64,000 bases of DNA from Eledone cirrhosa (lineage: Eukaryota): positions 287,742,001-287,806,000 of the forward strand of contig OZ024742.1 of assembly GCA_964016885.1 (NCBI GenBank), given 5' to 3'. Within the stretch, counting starts at the first letter, position 1, and each line of letters opens with the position of its first letter. Made by a program: the position numbers and the translations under genes. The notes below the pieces were generated by a model that was not told the DNA's origin, made no database searches, and saw only the letters and a list, made by a program, of their open reading frames with translations. Positions 40,497-54,185 of this stretch are shown in pieces.

Positions 40497-40801
40497 TACC
40501 TATCTTCCGGCCTCTCTAGAGAATCGTAAAAGCACATATCGTTATATGCTTTTTCTATGAAAATTAGTAGTGGGCAGACTAATTTGCATAGAGTGTGAGT
40601 AAGTACCGGTTCAACGGAGACGATAAAAACAAATAACGAAACGAAATTTAATTTCGTTTCGTTATTTGTTTTTATCGTCTCCGTTGAACCGGTACTTACT
40701 CACACTCTATGCAAATTAGTCTGCCCACTACTAATTTTCATAGAAAAAGCATATAACGATATGTGCTTTTACGATTCTCTAGAGAGGCCGGAAGATAGGT
40801 A

Positions 40802-40846
40802 AATATTGCTGATGAGTTGTAACAACAACGAAACTAGTTCAATATT
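40802..40846 (+). ncRNA. Minimal type-I hammerhead ribozyme with canonical core (GUU site at 40839)
   Basis: aatattg CTGATGA gttg-taacaa-caac GAAAC TA GTT caatatt; perfect stems I and II; palindromic AACTAGTT in place of stem III. Confidence 0.8.
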
Positions 40847-41068
40847 CCTTGTCTGGCTTTCTGGAGAATAGAGGAAAGGTGTATCCTCAAAAACCAGTAT
40901 GACTCTAAAAACCGGTTTGTCTGTGTGTTTACATACAGAATAGCTGGCCACTCACAGTAAAGTGACCAGTGAAAAAACTTGGTACATCTACATATGTATA
41001 TGTGTGTGTATTCATATACATACTAGTATTTCAGTATACATATATGGATGTACATCTTTAACTTAATT

Positions 41069-41109
<41 letters not shown>

Positions 41110-41116
<7 letters not shown>

Positions 41117-43571
41117 GGAAGATGGACATTGTTTAATGTACCGAACTTGCATGCTACACCGTTCATCCAATTTTCATGAAACCTCACACATATATAAAAC
41201 TCAACGCGTAGAGTGGAATAGGCTACTTGATAATCGGGCTCTATGACAGAATGTTTTTCGATTCCAATGAAATTTTATGTGAATTCGAACACAAGAACTC
41301 TTAGTTTACATCTGGCGCAATAAAAATAAATTTCATATGCCCATATAAGGACGTGCGTTATTGATTGGACGGCCAGCTGTCTCAGTAAAGAGTTTATCTT
41401 TTCATATTCCACCTTATTCAAGTGGAAATACAGTATTATCCCTATCTGAAAAGGGAACCAAATTTAATGGTGTCTTTTGTGAACCTAAAAGCTGTGAGTA
41501 AATTTTCAAACAGTCTTAAATAATCATGCTTTTTGAAAAAAAAATTACTAAATAATACCTTGACCAAGTTGTTTTGTACACATACAATACAAGTAAAAAA
41601 ATTTACGTCGTACCAATGTTTTCCTTTTTTAAACAAAAGATTCTAAAAAATTACTTAATTTATAATACAGTCTTTTGCACAGGAAGTGAGTAACTTTTCG
41701 GGTGTTTAAACGTAAGTTCACCAGGGTTTGTGTCTTCATTATTAGCCCACCTCTAATGGCATTTTTTGTTCTGCTTACGACTAAATGTTATGAGCGTATT
41801 TGCAATTAATTGCGCACACGTGCACACCTGCATGCAGATAGACACTGACAGCCAATAAAAAATCGATAACTTGCTTATTAAGATGTCGGTCAAAAAGAGA
41901 GATTGAATGTACTTTAGAACATTTTTTGAATATATTGTTCTTTTTGGCATGATATGTCAGAAATATAGCTACTATACACTTTGGTTATTTTTTGTAACTA
42001 AAAAACGGTTCCTTTTGGGTGGATACTTAACGAGAAAAATCCTAGGGTTTTGGACAAGTTTGTTTCAGGCGCTGTATAGACGCCTATTTTGTCACACCTT
42101 GGTCATGAATTCGTATTCTTTTCCAATAGATATTTTCCGCTCTATAAGGCTCACCAGGATATAAGGCGTATCATTTAAAATCACGTCCGCGCAACGGTGT
42201 GTAAGGCCAACCAGAAAATGCTATCTTCTTTACTTTTAGTCTAGATCTATTACTTCTGTTAGAGCCGTGATTGATTACCATTGTATTATTTATACATAAG
42301 GCTCACCGGAGTATAAAGCGCAGAGCTGTTTTTTTTATTAAATTTAATTATTTTAAGTGCAATTTATAGACGGGAAAATTCGGTAAGTTATTGTAATCAT
42401 ATTTCCAAACCTTCCCATTCACCAATAACCATGCTAACGAATCTGGTGTCATCTCTCTCTGTATTTAATCACCTCTCTCTAACCTAACAGCTTCGTTACA
42501 CGTCGTTATGCCCACACGGAAACGTTCAAGACTTACCTCCAAAAAAGGTACAGCTACTGCTTTGAGACAACGAATTAGGCGTTCTCAGGTATGAGTTCAT
42601 TCACAATTGATTAATCCTTTATGCAATATTCTCCCTTAATGTTAGCAAGTACTGCGTTTATCCTAACTGTCACCACTTTTAAGCAACTACAACATTCTAA
42701 TCGTAGTTATATTAAATTTATTGTCTTACCTTGATTCCCTTTTGTTCATGTTAGACTTTTCTCATTTACTATTGACACTGCCATTGGCTTAGCTAACCAG
42801 TAGAATTAATTAATTTTCTCTAGGAAACACCTGCTGAGCGCGAATCTCGACTCGCTGATAGACGTCTTTCCCGACTGGTTGAGTCACCAACATCACGTAC
42901 GACAAGGCTTGCTGATGTTCGCCTTCGTCGCCAACAAGCGCTGACGGAGGAATCACCAACATCCCGTCAGACGAGGCTTGAGGCTGTGGCAAAGGGCAAT
43001 AACCCTAGATACAATTTTGATCAACTTTTTTTCACCTATAGCAAATTTACCGGGACAGGTTTTTAGCTACTCAAATCTACTTCAGAGATCACGCATTGAT
43101 GTAAAAAATCAATAAAACTGAAGCGGGGCTCGACTTTGCGCAAAAAAACAAGGCAAAGTTACACATGGGAAAACTTTTTACAGGAACGTCCTATATTCTT
43201 GAAAACTGTCACAAAAGACTCGCCATTATGCCGCGGTTAAGATAAAGGCCCTTTTAATTCTTCTTCTGCACATGTGAGCGCAAAAATTGTAAAAAAAAAA
43301 AAAATATGAAAGTAATCGACATTTTCACCCTGCTTTAAATTAACTGAACATTCAATATCAAGCGATTTTGACTTCCGTCAGTCGTGCAGAGAACAATTTC
43401 AACGATACACTGTGTAACTACAATTAATAAATTACACACCTGTGTCTACTAACCTATTTTTTTCCATTGAAGTTCGAAGTTTTGAACCTGTGATGCGCGG
43501 GAAGTAACTTTCACACATTCTAACAGACCAAAGGTCGACTTACACCCGGGCAACGCCGGGTACTTCTGCTA

Positions 43572-43572
<1 letters not shown>
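41110..43572 (+). mobile_element. Non-autonomous Helitron (internal pogo/Tigger-like MITE remnant at about 42135-42385)
   Basis: 3' hairpin cccgg-gcaacg-ccggg (43545-43560) followed by CTAG|T; RepHel-like N-terminal exons inside; 5' end merged into (TA)n and uncertain. Confidence 0.7.
42508..43066 (+). pseudogene. Spliced remnant of a Helitron RepHel N-terminus with STPR-like repeats; join(42508..42588,42824..43066), 107 aa
   Basis: MPTRKRSRLTSKKGTATALRQRIRRSQ|ETPAERESRLADRR..ESPTSRTTRL..EESPTSRQTRLE; CAG|gtatga donor and ttttctctag acceptor, phase 0. Confidence 0.6.
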
Positions 43573-43617
<45 letters not shown>

Positions 43618-44446
43618 GTTATATGGAACATTAATAATAATGTTCGATTCATTTGTAAACAAACGGCCCGATTTGAAGCTGTGCCATGCCGGGCCATTTG
43701 TTTTTACAAACGAATCGAACGTTAGGATTGGCAGTATCGGTAGAGGGTCGGACGCCATGCTTTGCAGCATAGAGTTACGCCCCTTTATAGTCTGAGTTCA
43801 AATCCCGCCGAGGTTCACTTTGCCTTTCATCCTTACGGGGTCGATAAAATAAAGTACCAGTAATGCACTGGGAAATTGCTGGCCTTGTGCCAAAGGTAGA
43901 AACAATTATTAATGTTCGATATAGCCCATACGTACACATGTATGTGTGTGTGTGTCTGTGTACTTACGCTTATGTATCAGCTGTGCTAGAGCGAGAAATA
44001 AGATTCTAATATATATATATATATAATCTGACCAATAGAAAGAAAGCCATGCATCTCTGAGGAGGTACACGTCTGCAATTGACAATTCTTTCCACCATCA
44101 TATAAACAATATCATTGAGTTAATGCAGTTCTCTCTTCGCCGCATAAGTATTATAAATTTGATTGTGATTGCACCATGCTCGCCCAATATGTGTGCGTGT
44201 GTGTGTGCGCGCGCACACATATATATATACATATGTATACACACATATATATATACATATGTATACACACACACATAAATACACACATATATACCCATAC
44301 ACACACACATAAATACACATATATATACCCATACACACACATATAGACACATACACTCATGCACACACACACATATATACACATACACATATATATACAC
44401 ATGCACACACATATATACACACATATATACACACATATACACACAC

Positions 44447-44497
<51 letters not shown>

Positions 44498-45710
44498 TAT
44501 ATACACATGTATTTTCTGAAGTGTCTTACAAGCACTTCATTGTACGGACAATAAAGTCCGGACACAATAATAAGTTTGTGTCAATGACATGTCAGTATAA
44601 TGTAGAGGGGTGTTTGTTTCCGTCAGATGTTGTAACAGGAGGGATGGGTCTACTGAGGAGTCCAATAGCATGTTCGGATAACATCAGGACAGCAGCTCGC
44701 AAAACAGACGGAGGAAAGTAGAAACTAGATTGCTCTCGCTTTTTGTTTCTTTTGTATTGCATATGTGGTGTAGTAAATAAATATATATAAATATATATAT
44801 ATAGATAAATCTACCAAAATATACGGTAGTGTCCAAATATCATGAAAATAGATGTATTCAAAAATTTTTTTAGATGAAAATCACAGGAAAACAGTCAAAA
44901 TAAATTAATAAAATCAGACAGCATATATATGTGTAGGTATGTATATTTCCTCTGATAGTTTGTAAAATGTTTACATAGATCTATATGATATACATACCAA
45001 CACACATATATATCCTAGAAACGATCGTAAAATGATGAATTTTTTAATATAAGGAACTTGTTCTTTATTTTTATTCATTGTTTTTATTAATTTATAAATA
45101 TATATATATATACGCTAGGTCCGAACTCTCACTGTCACCGCCTCCGCCTCTCCTGCTCTCCTTATCTCTCACTATTATAAGCAAATGGGGACCGACACGC
45201 TGACCTGGCCGCCCCGCAGCCCCTGCCGACAGAATAGAGAAATTGTTTTCCCGGAAGATGGTGAGGAAGACGCGTTGGAAGAGCCAATCCAGCTTGGGGG
45301 GGGGGGGGGGGGGATCAGTGGTCGAGATAAAAGTTTACACTTCTCGGGTTTATCGGTTTCCATGAGTGGGTAAGGGTTTTGATTGGTTGCAGGGTCTTGG
45401 TTAGGTCAGGTAGGATGCTAGTAATTGAGAATGAGGTTAGCGTCGGTGTGTGTCTGTGTATTGGGTCAGGTGTGTAGGTAATGTGTATCGCTGGTTGTTT
45501 CCAATGGTTTTACTGGATATGTTGCGGGGGAGTACTATCCAAATTACTTAATGGGGTTGTAGACGCTTTAGAATAAAATAGAATCAACATGATACGAGAT
45601 GGCTGCAGACTGATGAGGTTCGTCACCCACTTATCAGTAAATGATGCAGGGTGGTTAACATTTGACTGAGAGGGCATATGTATATATACATCTATTACAT
45701 ATATATATAT

Positions 45711-45749
<39 letters not shown>

Positions 45750-46299
45750 ATATCTACCTTGGTTTTAGCAAGACCTTTGACTGAGGCGATCAGTGCATCC
45801 TGTTTTGTTTTTTTAAATTCAACCTTGGTTTTTATGAGAAGCTACTGCATTGAACTGAGTGTTTCGTAGAGCATAGAACGTATAATATAAAAATTGTATT
45901 TTCTCTAATTTTGTTTGTGTGAGTGTTGTGTTTTTATAGTGCCTAGCTTCTTGGTAAATGTCATGGCTGACACTCTTCACTAACATGTGATGTACATTGT
46001 TATGGTGTTGGAAAATTTCAGTGACAGCAACATATATAATCGAAGTAGTTTACTAGATCTCTCTTTGAAGAGTATGCTGTTATCTAAATTCTAACGATAT
46101 AGCGCTTTTTTTCCACCTTATTAAGAACCAACCCCGATCCATCAACCATAAGATCTCCCAATTCATGGAAACTACAAAAACATTTAACAACAGAAATATT
46201 TAACTGTTTTTCTCTATCGTCTTTTTTCTTTCTTGTTTTAGTTTCTCTTTTATTTTCTCTCTCTCTCTATCTATCTATCTCTCGTTCTCTCTGTCTGTC

Positions 46300-46330
<31 letters not shown>

Positions 46331-46400
46331 AGCTCCCCCTCTCTATCTCTCCTTCTTTCTCTCTCTCTCTCTCTCTAGCTCCCCTCTCTATCTTTCCTTC

Positions 46401-46435
<35 letters not shown>

Positions 46436-47064
46436 AGCTCTCTATCTCTTTCTCACTCTCAACCCCTCTCTCTCTCGCTCTCTTGTTTTCGTTGCTTATG
46501 TATAGGTGGTATTTGATACCTTTCTCAGTCTATCATGGCTTACCAGCTTTACATGAAGATAAAATTGATTAAATAAATGCAGAAATAAATAAAACAGGAG
46601 AAAGATAAAGTGTAAGACGTGTTAAAGAGAAAGAACGCTGGGTAAGGTCTAGGTAGATTTTTAACCGGAAAAGAGGTACTCAACGTTAATGAAAAGATGT
46701 TCACAGTTCATTGGGGGATATTTAACATGAATCCTTCATCAGTTTCGACAAGAAGCATTCAGCCATTTGTAGACCTGCCAACCTCTAAAAACCCAAATGG
46801 GGAGTACCATAAAAAAGGGCCCCAAAACGGGGAGAAATGAGGCAAAATGGGGAGATTTTACATAATGAGAGCTATACCCATTTTCACAAGAACAGACATC
46901 TCCCATCCACCCCAAAGTTGATAGATCTCCTGGTCGGACGGGGGAAGTTGACAGGTCTGCATTTGATCAACGGAACTGCCTGTTCGAGAAATTAAAGTGT
47001 GAGTGGTTGAGTATTCCACAGACACGTTTAACTCTTAGTGTTGTTTTCCCTAAGAATTTCCTAA

Positions 47065-47348
47065 AGGCAAAGCCGGATTTAATGGGGGGGGGGCAAAGGG
47101 GACTTTTCCTCGGGCCCCCTGCTGTGGGCAATTTATTCGTGCCCTCAGCTGAGCTTTTTAGTTTTAGGGTAGTTAGAATTTTTGAATTTAGTACCTGTAT
47201 GTATAACTTTTCAATTCCAATTACTTGGCCAAGGTGACTTTGATATGTAAAATTGGGGGATTTGCTGCGTATTCTAATTTTTAGACTTTGGTGGGGTGGG
47301 GGACAAACCTGAAGTGCCCCGGGCCTCTAAGGTCTAATTCAACCTGCT
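47065..47348. mobile_element. GC-rich-ended MITE-like element (ccggatttaa...gggcccc / gccccgggcc..ggtctaattcaacctg); related end at about 58091-58128
   Basis: Imperfect terminal inverted repeats; inserted into a SINE. Confidence 0.4.
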
Positions 47349-48208
47349 TGAAGGCAGTGTCTGTGGAACACCGATTCCCTTACATGTTAATTTCGCGAGC
47401 AGGTTGTCCAGTTGATGTTGTTGTTGTTACGACTGCTGCTATTGTTGTTGTTGTTATCTATTGCTTCTTTACAAATAAAGATTTTAAGAAGAATTGGCTG
47501 TGGTTTCCAGCAGGTCGAGCGATCACATAGACGTTATATCATTAGCAATATCTTAGTATTTTTATATTATTACAACTCAAAATAACCGAAATAGTGTGTA
47601 TGTACGTGTGTATGTGCGTGTGTGCATGTGTGTGTCCGTATGAATGTGTGAGTCTGTGCGTATGTGTGTGCCTGTGTGTGTGTGTGCGTATATATGTGTG
47701 TGTTTGTGTGTGTGTATGTGTCTCTGTATGTCTGTGTGTCTGTGTGTGTTTCATCGTCTGCCATTCACCAGACATTAACCTATTTTAATTAACTTTTTAA
47801 CCAATAAATTATTTTTTTATTACTTTTTTCAATCAATCATTTTGTTTTACATATCTATTTTACCTATTTATTTTATTATCCTATTTTAATTTTTTTAATT
47901 GCCATCAATCATCAATAGCGGCAGCAGCAGCAAAAAGAACAACAACCACAACTACAACAGCAACAACAAGAACAACAACAACAACAACTAAAACAACAAC
48001 AGCAACAACAACAGCAATCTTGGCCGAGCAAGCAGAAGTTCGTTTATACAGCGAATATATATATTTTGACGTTACAGAAATGCGCTACATTTCTAGGAAT
48101 CATCTGGGACCCACATGTTGCAATATTTTCTCCAGTGTGAACCTCATCGTGTCGGTCATAAACCTGGAATGATGCCACTTGCAACAAGGAAGAATTGAAG
48201 ATGACCAA

Positions 48209-48525
48209 ACACCAGGCTTTGGAGGCCAAACTCTCCAAGTACCGGTCGCTCTCCGACAGGTTTGCGGTCGTGCCCTTGGCAGTGGAGACTTCTGGTGTCC
48301 TTGGCCCTAGGGCTACCTCCCTACTCACCACTATAGGCGGTGAGCTGGCCAGCCGCAGGTGTGAGCCTCGCGAGTTGGAATGGCTCTTCCAGCGTATCTC
48401 CCTTACCATCCTCCGGAGAAACGCCTTCTCCATTCTGTCTGCAGCTCGTGGGACCTCATTTGCTCACCATACAGAGAGATGGGGAGGTCGAGAGAGATAG
48501 AGGCGATGACAGTGGATTTCGGCTC
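48209..48525 (+). mobile_element. 5'-truncated CRE-clade non-LTR retrotransposon (RLE C-terminus); copies at about 45118-45290(-) and 49020-49205(-)
   Basis: EAKLSKYRSLSDRFAVVPLAVETSGVLGPRA..LL..IG..L....EPRELEWLFQRISLTILRRNA fits the CRE pattern K..KY..L...FVP.A.ET.G...QRIS..IQRGNA. Confidence 0.75.
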
Positions 48526-51179
48526 TTCCACGTTCGGACCATATCCTTGTGGTTGTGTTCATTATCTATAGCGAGAGAGTTATTCACTAACCGATTACTT
48601 TTTGTGTCAGTTGTCACTGACATCTCCGTTGACCTCGGTCGGTTACCGGACTGCTGATTTCCTCCGCTAAATTGTAATGATGATAGCATGTACAAGGAAG
48701 GAGTGACGTGGGTTGGAATGGCTAATGCAGTGGATATCGCCGGCTGATCTTTGCGACAACGCTTTCGACATGTTTACTGGAGAGCGCATATCTAAGATAT
48801 GCTATCTAGCTGAGGGAGTAGATTTTTCCCCACTTCCCATATTTTTCTTTCTTTTTTGTCTTATTTTTAATTGCGTTATTGAAGTCTCTATGTGAATATG
48901 GATGACAGGAAAAAGATAGGAATAAGATGATAAAGTAGTTGTGTGTAAATTTCAAATATGCATAACTACACTGCCTCAGTGTGAGCGAGTGTCCGTGAAA
49001 TATATATACATATACACCAGATCCGAACACAAAGGAACCAAACACCCATTGTCACTGGCTCCGTCTCTACCGCTCTCCTCATCTCTCACTATTATGAGCA
49101 AATGGGGGCCCCACGCGCTGGCCACCCTACGGTCCCTGCGGACTGAATAGAGAAGGCGTTTTCCCGGAGGATGGTGTGGAGGACGCGCTGGAAGAGCCAT
49201 TCCAGGTCACAAGGCTGAATTGAAGTATTATGAAATTATGTATTTAAGGAGAATAAGGGAAAACAATTGCAACTCTCAGCTCTGTACAAAATACATTTTT
49301 GAAGTGGGAGGAAATGATTTCAATCGACGTGTTGATTTGTATCGTTGCCTCGATTTAACTCTTGTTCTGCGTACGGCGTTAGTCACCTCATTGTTGAGAA
49401 TAATGTTTTCAGTTTTCAACTGAATATGTATTCGGTTGCATTCAGGCTTCTTGAATTGCTTCTTGAAATTGACATTTATACATTTAATTGATCACGAAAT
49501 ACTGAGTCAACCGTGGAAAGATTTGATATCAGAACTAAATAGGGTGAAACTAAACTATTAGTCAACCTTAATAGAGCAGACCCATAACAAAAGTCATGAT
49601 CCAGTCGTAACTATCCCGTCATTTTGTGGATATGTACGGCTACATTATCTGTGTTGTTTCTGGATGGAAGGATCCACTAATATAATGCTGAATGTTGCTG
49701 ACTTCACGTATTTCTCCTTTTATCTACAGACAAACTATATCTTTTTTTACTTTTATTGAATTTGGAAACTGTATTTATAGATTGTTTTCCTTATTGTGTT
49801 TGAGATAATGATACAATTCAACTGTGGATGTCTGGTCATTTGCTTTTATTTGAATCAAATCCTATTCGTTTTGTTTCTATCAAAATAAAAGCTGAGTCAT
49901 ATTTACGCTATAGTTATGTACGTTGTGTGTAATGACCAGCTTTCTGGTTCTTTTATCCACTTGTTAGATACTTCTAACTTCCCAGTTGATTATATGGAAG
50001 TTACACCATAATTGGTGTTTCAATTGTTTTGATAACTTAAATTTTGTTCTTCGTATTGTTGAACCTCCGTTAGTTGCGACGACGAGTGTTCCAGTTGTTT
50101 GAATAACGAAACTGCCTGCTCGAGAAATTAACGTGCAACTGGCTGAGAATTTCTCAGACACTTGTACACTTAACGTAGTTCTCAGGGAGATTCAACATGA
50201 CACAGTGTGTAGCATAGCTGATCCTTTGAATTACAGATGCAACACATTTTTTCCAGCTAAGTCAACGTGAAATATAGTGTCTTGCTCAAGGACACAACTA
50301 GCTACCGGGAGTCGAACACTTTAGCCACTGAAACCGGCGCCTTCACTGTTCTTCATATTAAGCTTCGTATTAAATTTATTCCGACAGAGTTCCCTTTTAT
50401 ATTTAAGTGTTCCTGTTCGTTTCTGCTCTCTTCGGTTACTTGTATGCACTCTGGAGTTCAGTTTCCTGTATGTCTTATGATAGATGCAGTTTATCTCGTG
50501 TTATATATGATACATTGAAACGTAGCTAGTTAGGCCTTTCGGGGTGTAGTTCAGACCTATTTGTCTAGGTGATGTGACATCCTTGTAATATCAGTGAATT
50601 TCTGTCTCTACAGTGATTCTGTCTCTTGAGCTGGGCTTGTGTATATAGCTTCATATCTTCCTTGAGCAGTAAGCGACTAAATTTTGTTTTTGTTTCAACT
50701 TTGTAGACAATATTGATAGTTTTAAGAATTTCACTCCAGGGGATCAGAGCCAGACAGAATAAAAGCGAGGATAACGAGTCACCTTGAAATATTTCCGATT
50801 TTGATTTTGTTGCTATCGTTATTGTTGGTAAAATTCAATCTCATTACAGTTTATTCTGTTCTTGTTCGTATAATAATTCTTCTTCTTCTCATAGTTCCAT
50901 TGCTGTCGTTTAATACTAGTCTAATTTTCCACTTTTCCTTGCTTCCCTCGCAAGAGTAAGTTTGCTCTAGTATCTGATAGAAAACCATATTTCTAACGTA
51001 CCAGTTACGAAGGAAGATGTAAAATAACTTTTTGTAATCTACCCAGATTCAATGTATATAGTACTTTTTGTACTGAACTGGTATCATCGTATTAAATATT
51101 GGCTAGGTTTTGCGTGATTTTCAACTTCAGACCTTATATTCTAATGTGGGTAGGCCATTGTTTGACAGTAATGTGTCTT

Positions 51180-51550
51180 AACATCTTCACAGATGGACGT
51201 ACATATCTTTAACCTGAACCACGAATATGGTTGCTCAAATTCTATACAAAATGTCTCTTAGCGCATAAAATATTTAAATTGTGGAGGAAAGCCACAATAA
51301 TCGCTCATCTCAAAGTAGGGAAAGATTCATCATAAGCAAAGAGCTCCGGAGTGAATTCTCTCTTTTATCACACTTGCAGACTTTTTGAGTGATTAATTTT
51401 CAACAGAATCTCGCTCGTTATTTAACAGGACCTCATTAAAGAACAATCCGAATTCCATCTTGGGAAGTCATCTATAAGCCAACTAACTGCAAACAAGGGT
51501 TTGAATAATGTAAAATTAAAAGAAAAGATTTTGTTGATCTCACTGTGGCT
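51180..51550 (+). mobile_element. Decayed LINE reverse transcriptase fragment
   Basis: LWRKATIIAHLKVGKD...ISLL..T.RLFE.LI.NRI......IKEQSEF..GKS pre-RT motifs with stops. Confidence 0.5.
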
Positions 51551-51834
51551 TACGATACAAGATGGTTAAATAACATCCATGAGCTCGCCTGGTCTCGCTT
51601 GGGGATTCAGTCGGATCAGTTGGAGACAGTTGCTTCTGACAGGACTCGCTGGAAGGAGCGTTTGAGGACTCTACCCCAACGACCCTCTCGGGAATATGTG
51701 GGCGAAGAAGATTCTTTCGTTTGTAATTTTACTTTTTAAAAAAAATTTTTTAAGGTCCCCTTACAAAATTGCTTTTTGTTTTGCCTGTTTTCGTTCGTTG
51801 TCTTGTCCTCTGTTAATTTTCGTAAGTTTATTAT

Positions 51835-51880
<46 letters not shown>

Positions 51881-52196
51881 AATGAAGCTTATCGAATAGC
51901 TTCGGTCGTTTCCTCACTTACTCGTCAATTTAATTAAGTCCGTACTTTTAAAATTCGAACCTAACCGATTAGAGTGTACACTTATACGTTAATCAGTGAG
52001 GAAAACAACTTCGTGTTGGTAGTAAATTTGAGTGACCCAGACCAATGCACCAGTTTCTATGATTCCCATCCGTTGGTGGTGATCCGAAAGGAACCACCAT
52101 GTGCAGAAATTAGGTAATGTTAGTACACATTACGTAATTTGGCAGGAACCGCGTCCTCAGCGGCAAATGTGTGTGTGTATATATATATATATACTA

Positions 52197-52911
52197 TATT
52201 AACTATTGAGCACTTTGCCAGTATCATTTCTGATTTTTGCGTTTCGTTTCGCTTTTCCTGCCCGCCGAAAATGCGATTCTCGCTGAATCTTTATTTGTAT
52301 TAATCTCCCATGTCTTACAATTAACTTTTTAATAATTTCTATTGACAGGCTAATTGTATAAGTTTATTTTAAACTACTCGGTTGAGAACTTATTCGATTT
52401 GTGCTATTTATGCTATTTTTTGCATGATCTACACCAACTGAATTACTTTTCCAAAATCTGGGGTTATTCCCTTTGTGATTTCCACACGTGGTTTAACTTA
52501 CCACCGTGTCATTCACTTATTTGGTACAGAGCGAAATACCTGTTGATAACGTGATATTCCTTGTTCGATCGTTATACACAAAGCTTACATTTTTAAGCAG
52601 ACTGTATTTTGATTTAGGTGTCACAGAAACTCTACATCGGATTTTAACAGCAATTCCGGGAGTCCAGGTCTGGATATCACTTATTTTTTATCATTTATTT
52701 TGTCTTGACCTGTTTAGCTTGATTTGGTTTTTGGCTTGGGTGGTTAATGCTTTCTTGACCACCTTTTCAGTTTTGTATGGCTTCTTAACACATTGTTTAG
52801 CTCTGGTTTTTAACTATTGAGCACTTTGCCAGTATCATTTCTGATTTTTGCGTTTCGCTTCGCTTTTCCTGCCCGCCGAAAATGCGATTCTCGCTGAATC
52901 TTTATTTGTAT
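52197..52911 (+). mobile_element. Element with about 100-bp direct terminal repeats (52199-52300 and 52810-52911; period 611) inserted in (TA)n
   Basis: Repeats differ at about 1 nt; tail-type hairpin gctctggtttttaactattgagcact. Confidence 0.65.
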
Positions 52912-53208
52912 ATATATATATATATAAAATAGAATAAAATTTTGCTTTTACATATTTTTATTTTCTCGGAAAACATACTAATTTACATAATTACTATAAA
53001 TGAATTATTTTTTCAATTAGTAACTTTTTCCAATATCTATTGCAGCGCTCAGGGATATACAATATTCTTAAGCGCTTTTTTTTCTGTCTGGAGCTAAAAA
53101 GCATAAATTTCAGAAAATCCGCATTGATTATGTCCTCCTTGTTCTAAATGTCGGCTACCCAGAAGCAAAGCTACGATTTAAAAATTGCTGCATACTTATA
53201 TACATATA

Positions 53209-53822
53209 CTAGACCACCCGTGACCCGTTGAGTCACGTTCACTTCAAAATATTTTTTTTTAAATCATGTTCACTTAAAAATAATTTTTAAATAATTAAAA
53301 TATACACAGACATGTATATAATGTGAAATGAAACTGGAAGGCCCATATCTATACGTGTGCGTGTGTATATATATAAATGTGTGTGTGTGTGTGTATGTAT
53401 ACATATATATATTTATGTGTGTGTGTGGGTGCGTGTGCTTGTGTTGGTGTATGTTATCTATACACACGCACACGCGCACGCACGCACGCACGCACGCACG
53501 CACATGCACACACACTCATATATATACAGACAACACCACCACCAACTCTCTTTCTCTCTCTCTCTTCCATTCTCCTTCTCTGTCTCAACTGTTTCTTTCT
53601 ATGTCTCTCTCTCTCTTTCTCTCTCTCTTTGTTTATGAAGGTACCCGGAAAAAACTCATATCTCGGGAACACGTACTCCGATTTACTCGAAACTTTTTTT
53701 ATTCCATTTGTATTCCCATTTCAGGGTCAACTTCCTTTGAAAGTATTTTCCCATTGTGCGCTTTTTTGGCTGTATTACATTACAGACAAGCAAGCAATCA
53801 CAGAATTTTAGTAGTATATAGA
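53209..53822 (-). mobile_element. Complete non-autonomous Helitron with internal microsatellites
   Basis: Minus strand A|TCtatatactactaaa... hairpin cgtgactcaacgggtcacg ...CTAG|T. Confidence 0.75.
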
Positions 53823-53964
53823 TACATGCATTTATTTTAATCTTTACAAAATCTATATGACTAGTGTTTCATGCCTCGCTATCTCAATGTACTGCTGACG
53901 ATGATTAATGATTCTGAACTACATGGATGTAGAGCTCTTACACAAATATCCACGTTGCTGTGAT

Positions 53965-54185
53965 ATTCAATTCAATTCAATTCAATATATTTGGCAGAAA
54001 TTAAAACATAGATGCTTCAGATGCCATGTAAGGAGGGGAGGGGGGGGGGGGGCAACATTTACACAGTCCGAAACACAGTAGTCCAACACCGGTCCAATTT
54101 CGCCTTGAATTGTTGCGTGGTTGACGTGTTGACTACTTCTTCTGGAAGCCGATTCCAGGGTCCAGAGATGCGGATCGAGAAAGCA
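53965..54185 (-). mobile_element. CR1/L2 LINE 3' end with (ATTGA)n tail
   Basis: AFSIRISGPWNRLPEEVVNTSTTQQFKAKLDRCW. Confidence 0.75.

Noticed and set aside
40347-40951. Two mirrored 60-aa ORFs
   Set aside because: A consequence of the palindrome; GTG start and no recognisable protein features.
45610-45637. CTGATGA hammerhead-like start
   Set aside because: No downstream GAAA or NUH with matching stems; just a local hairpin.
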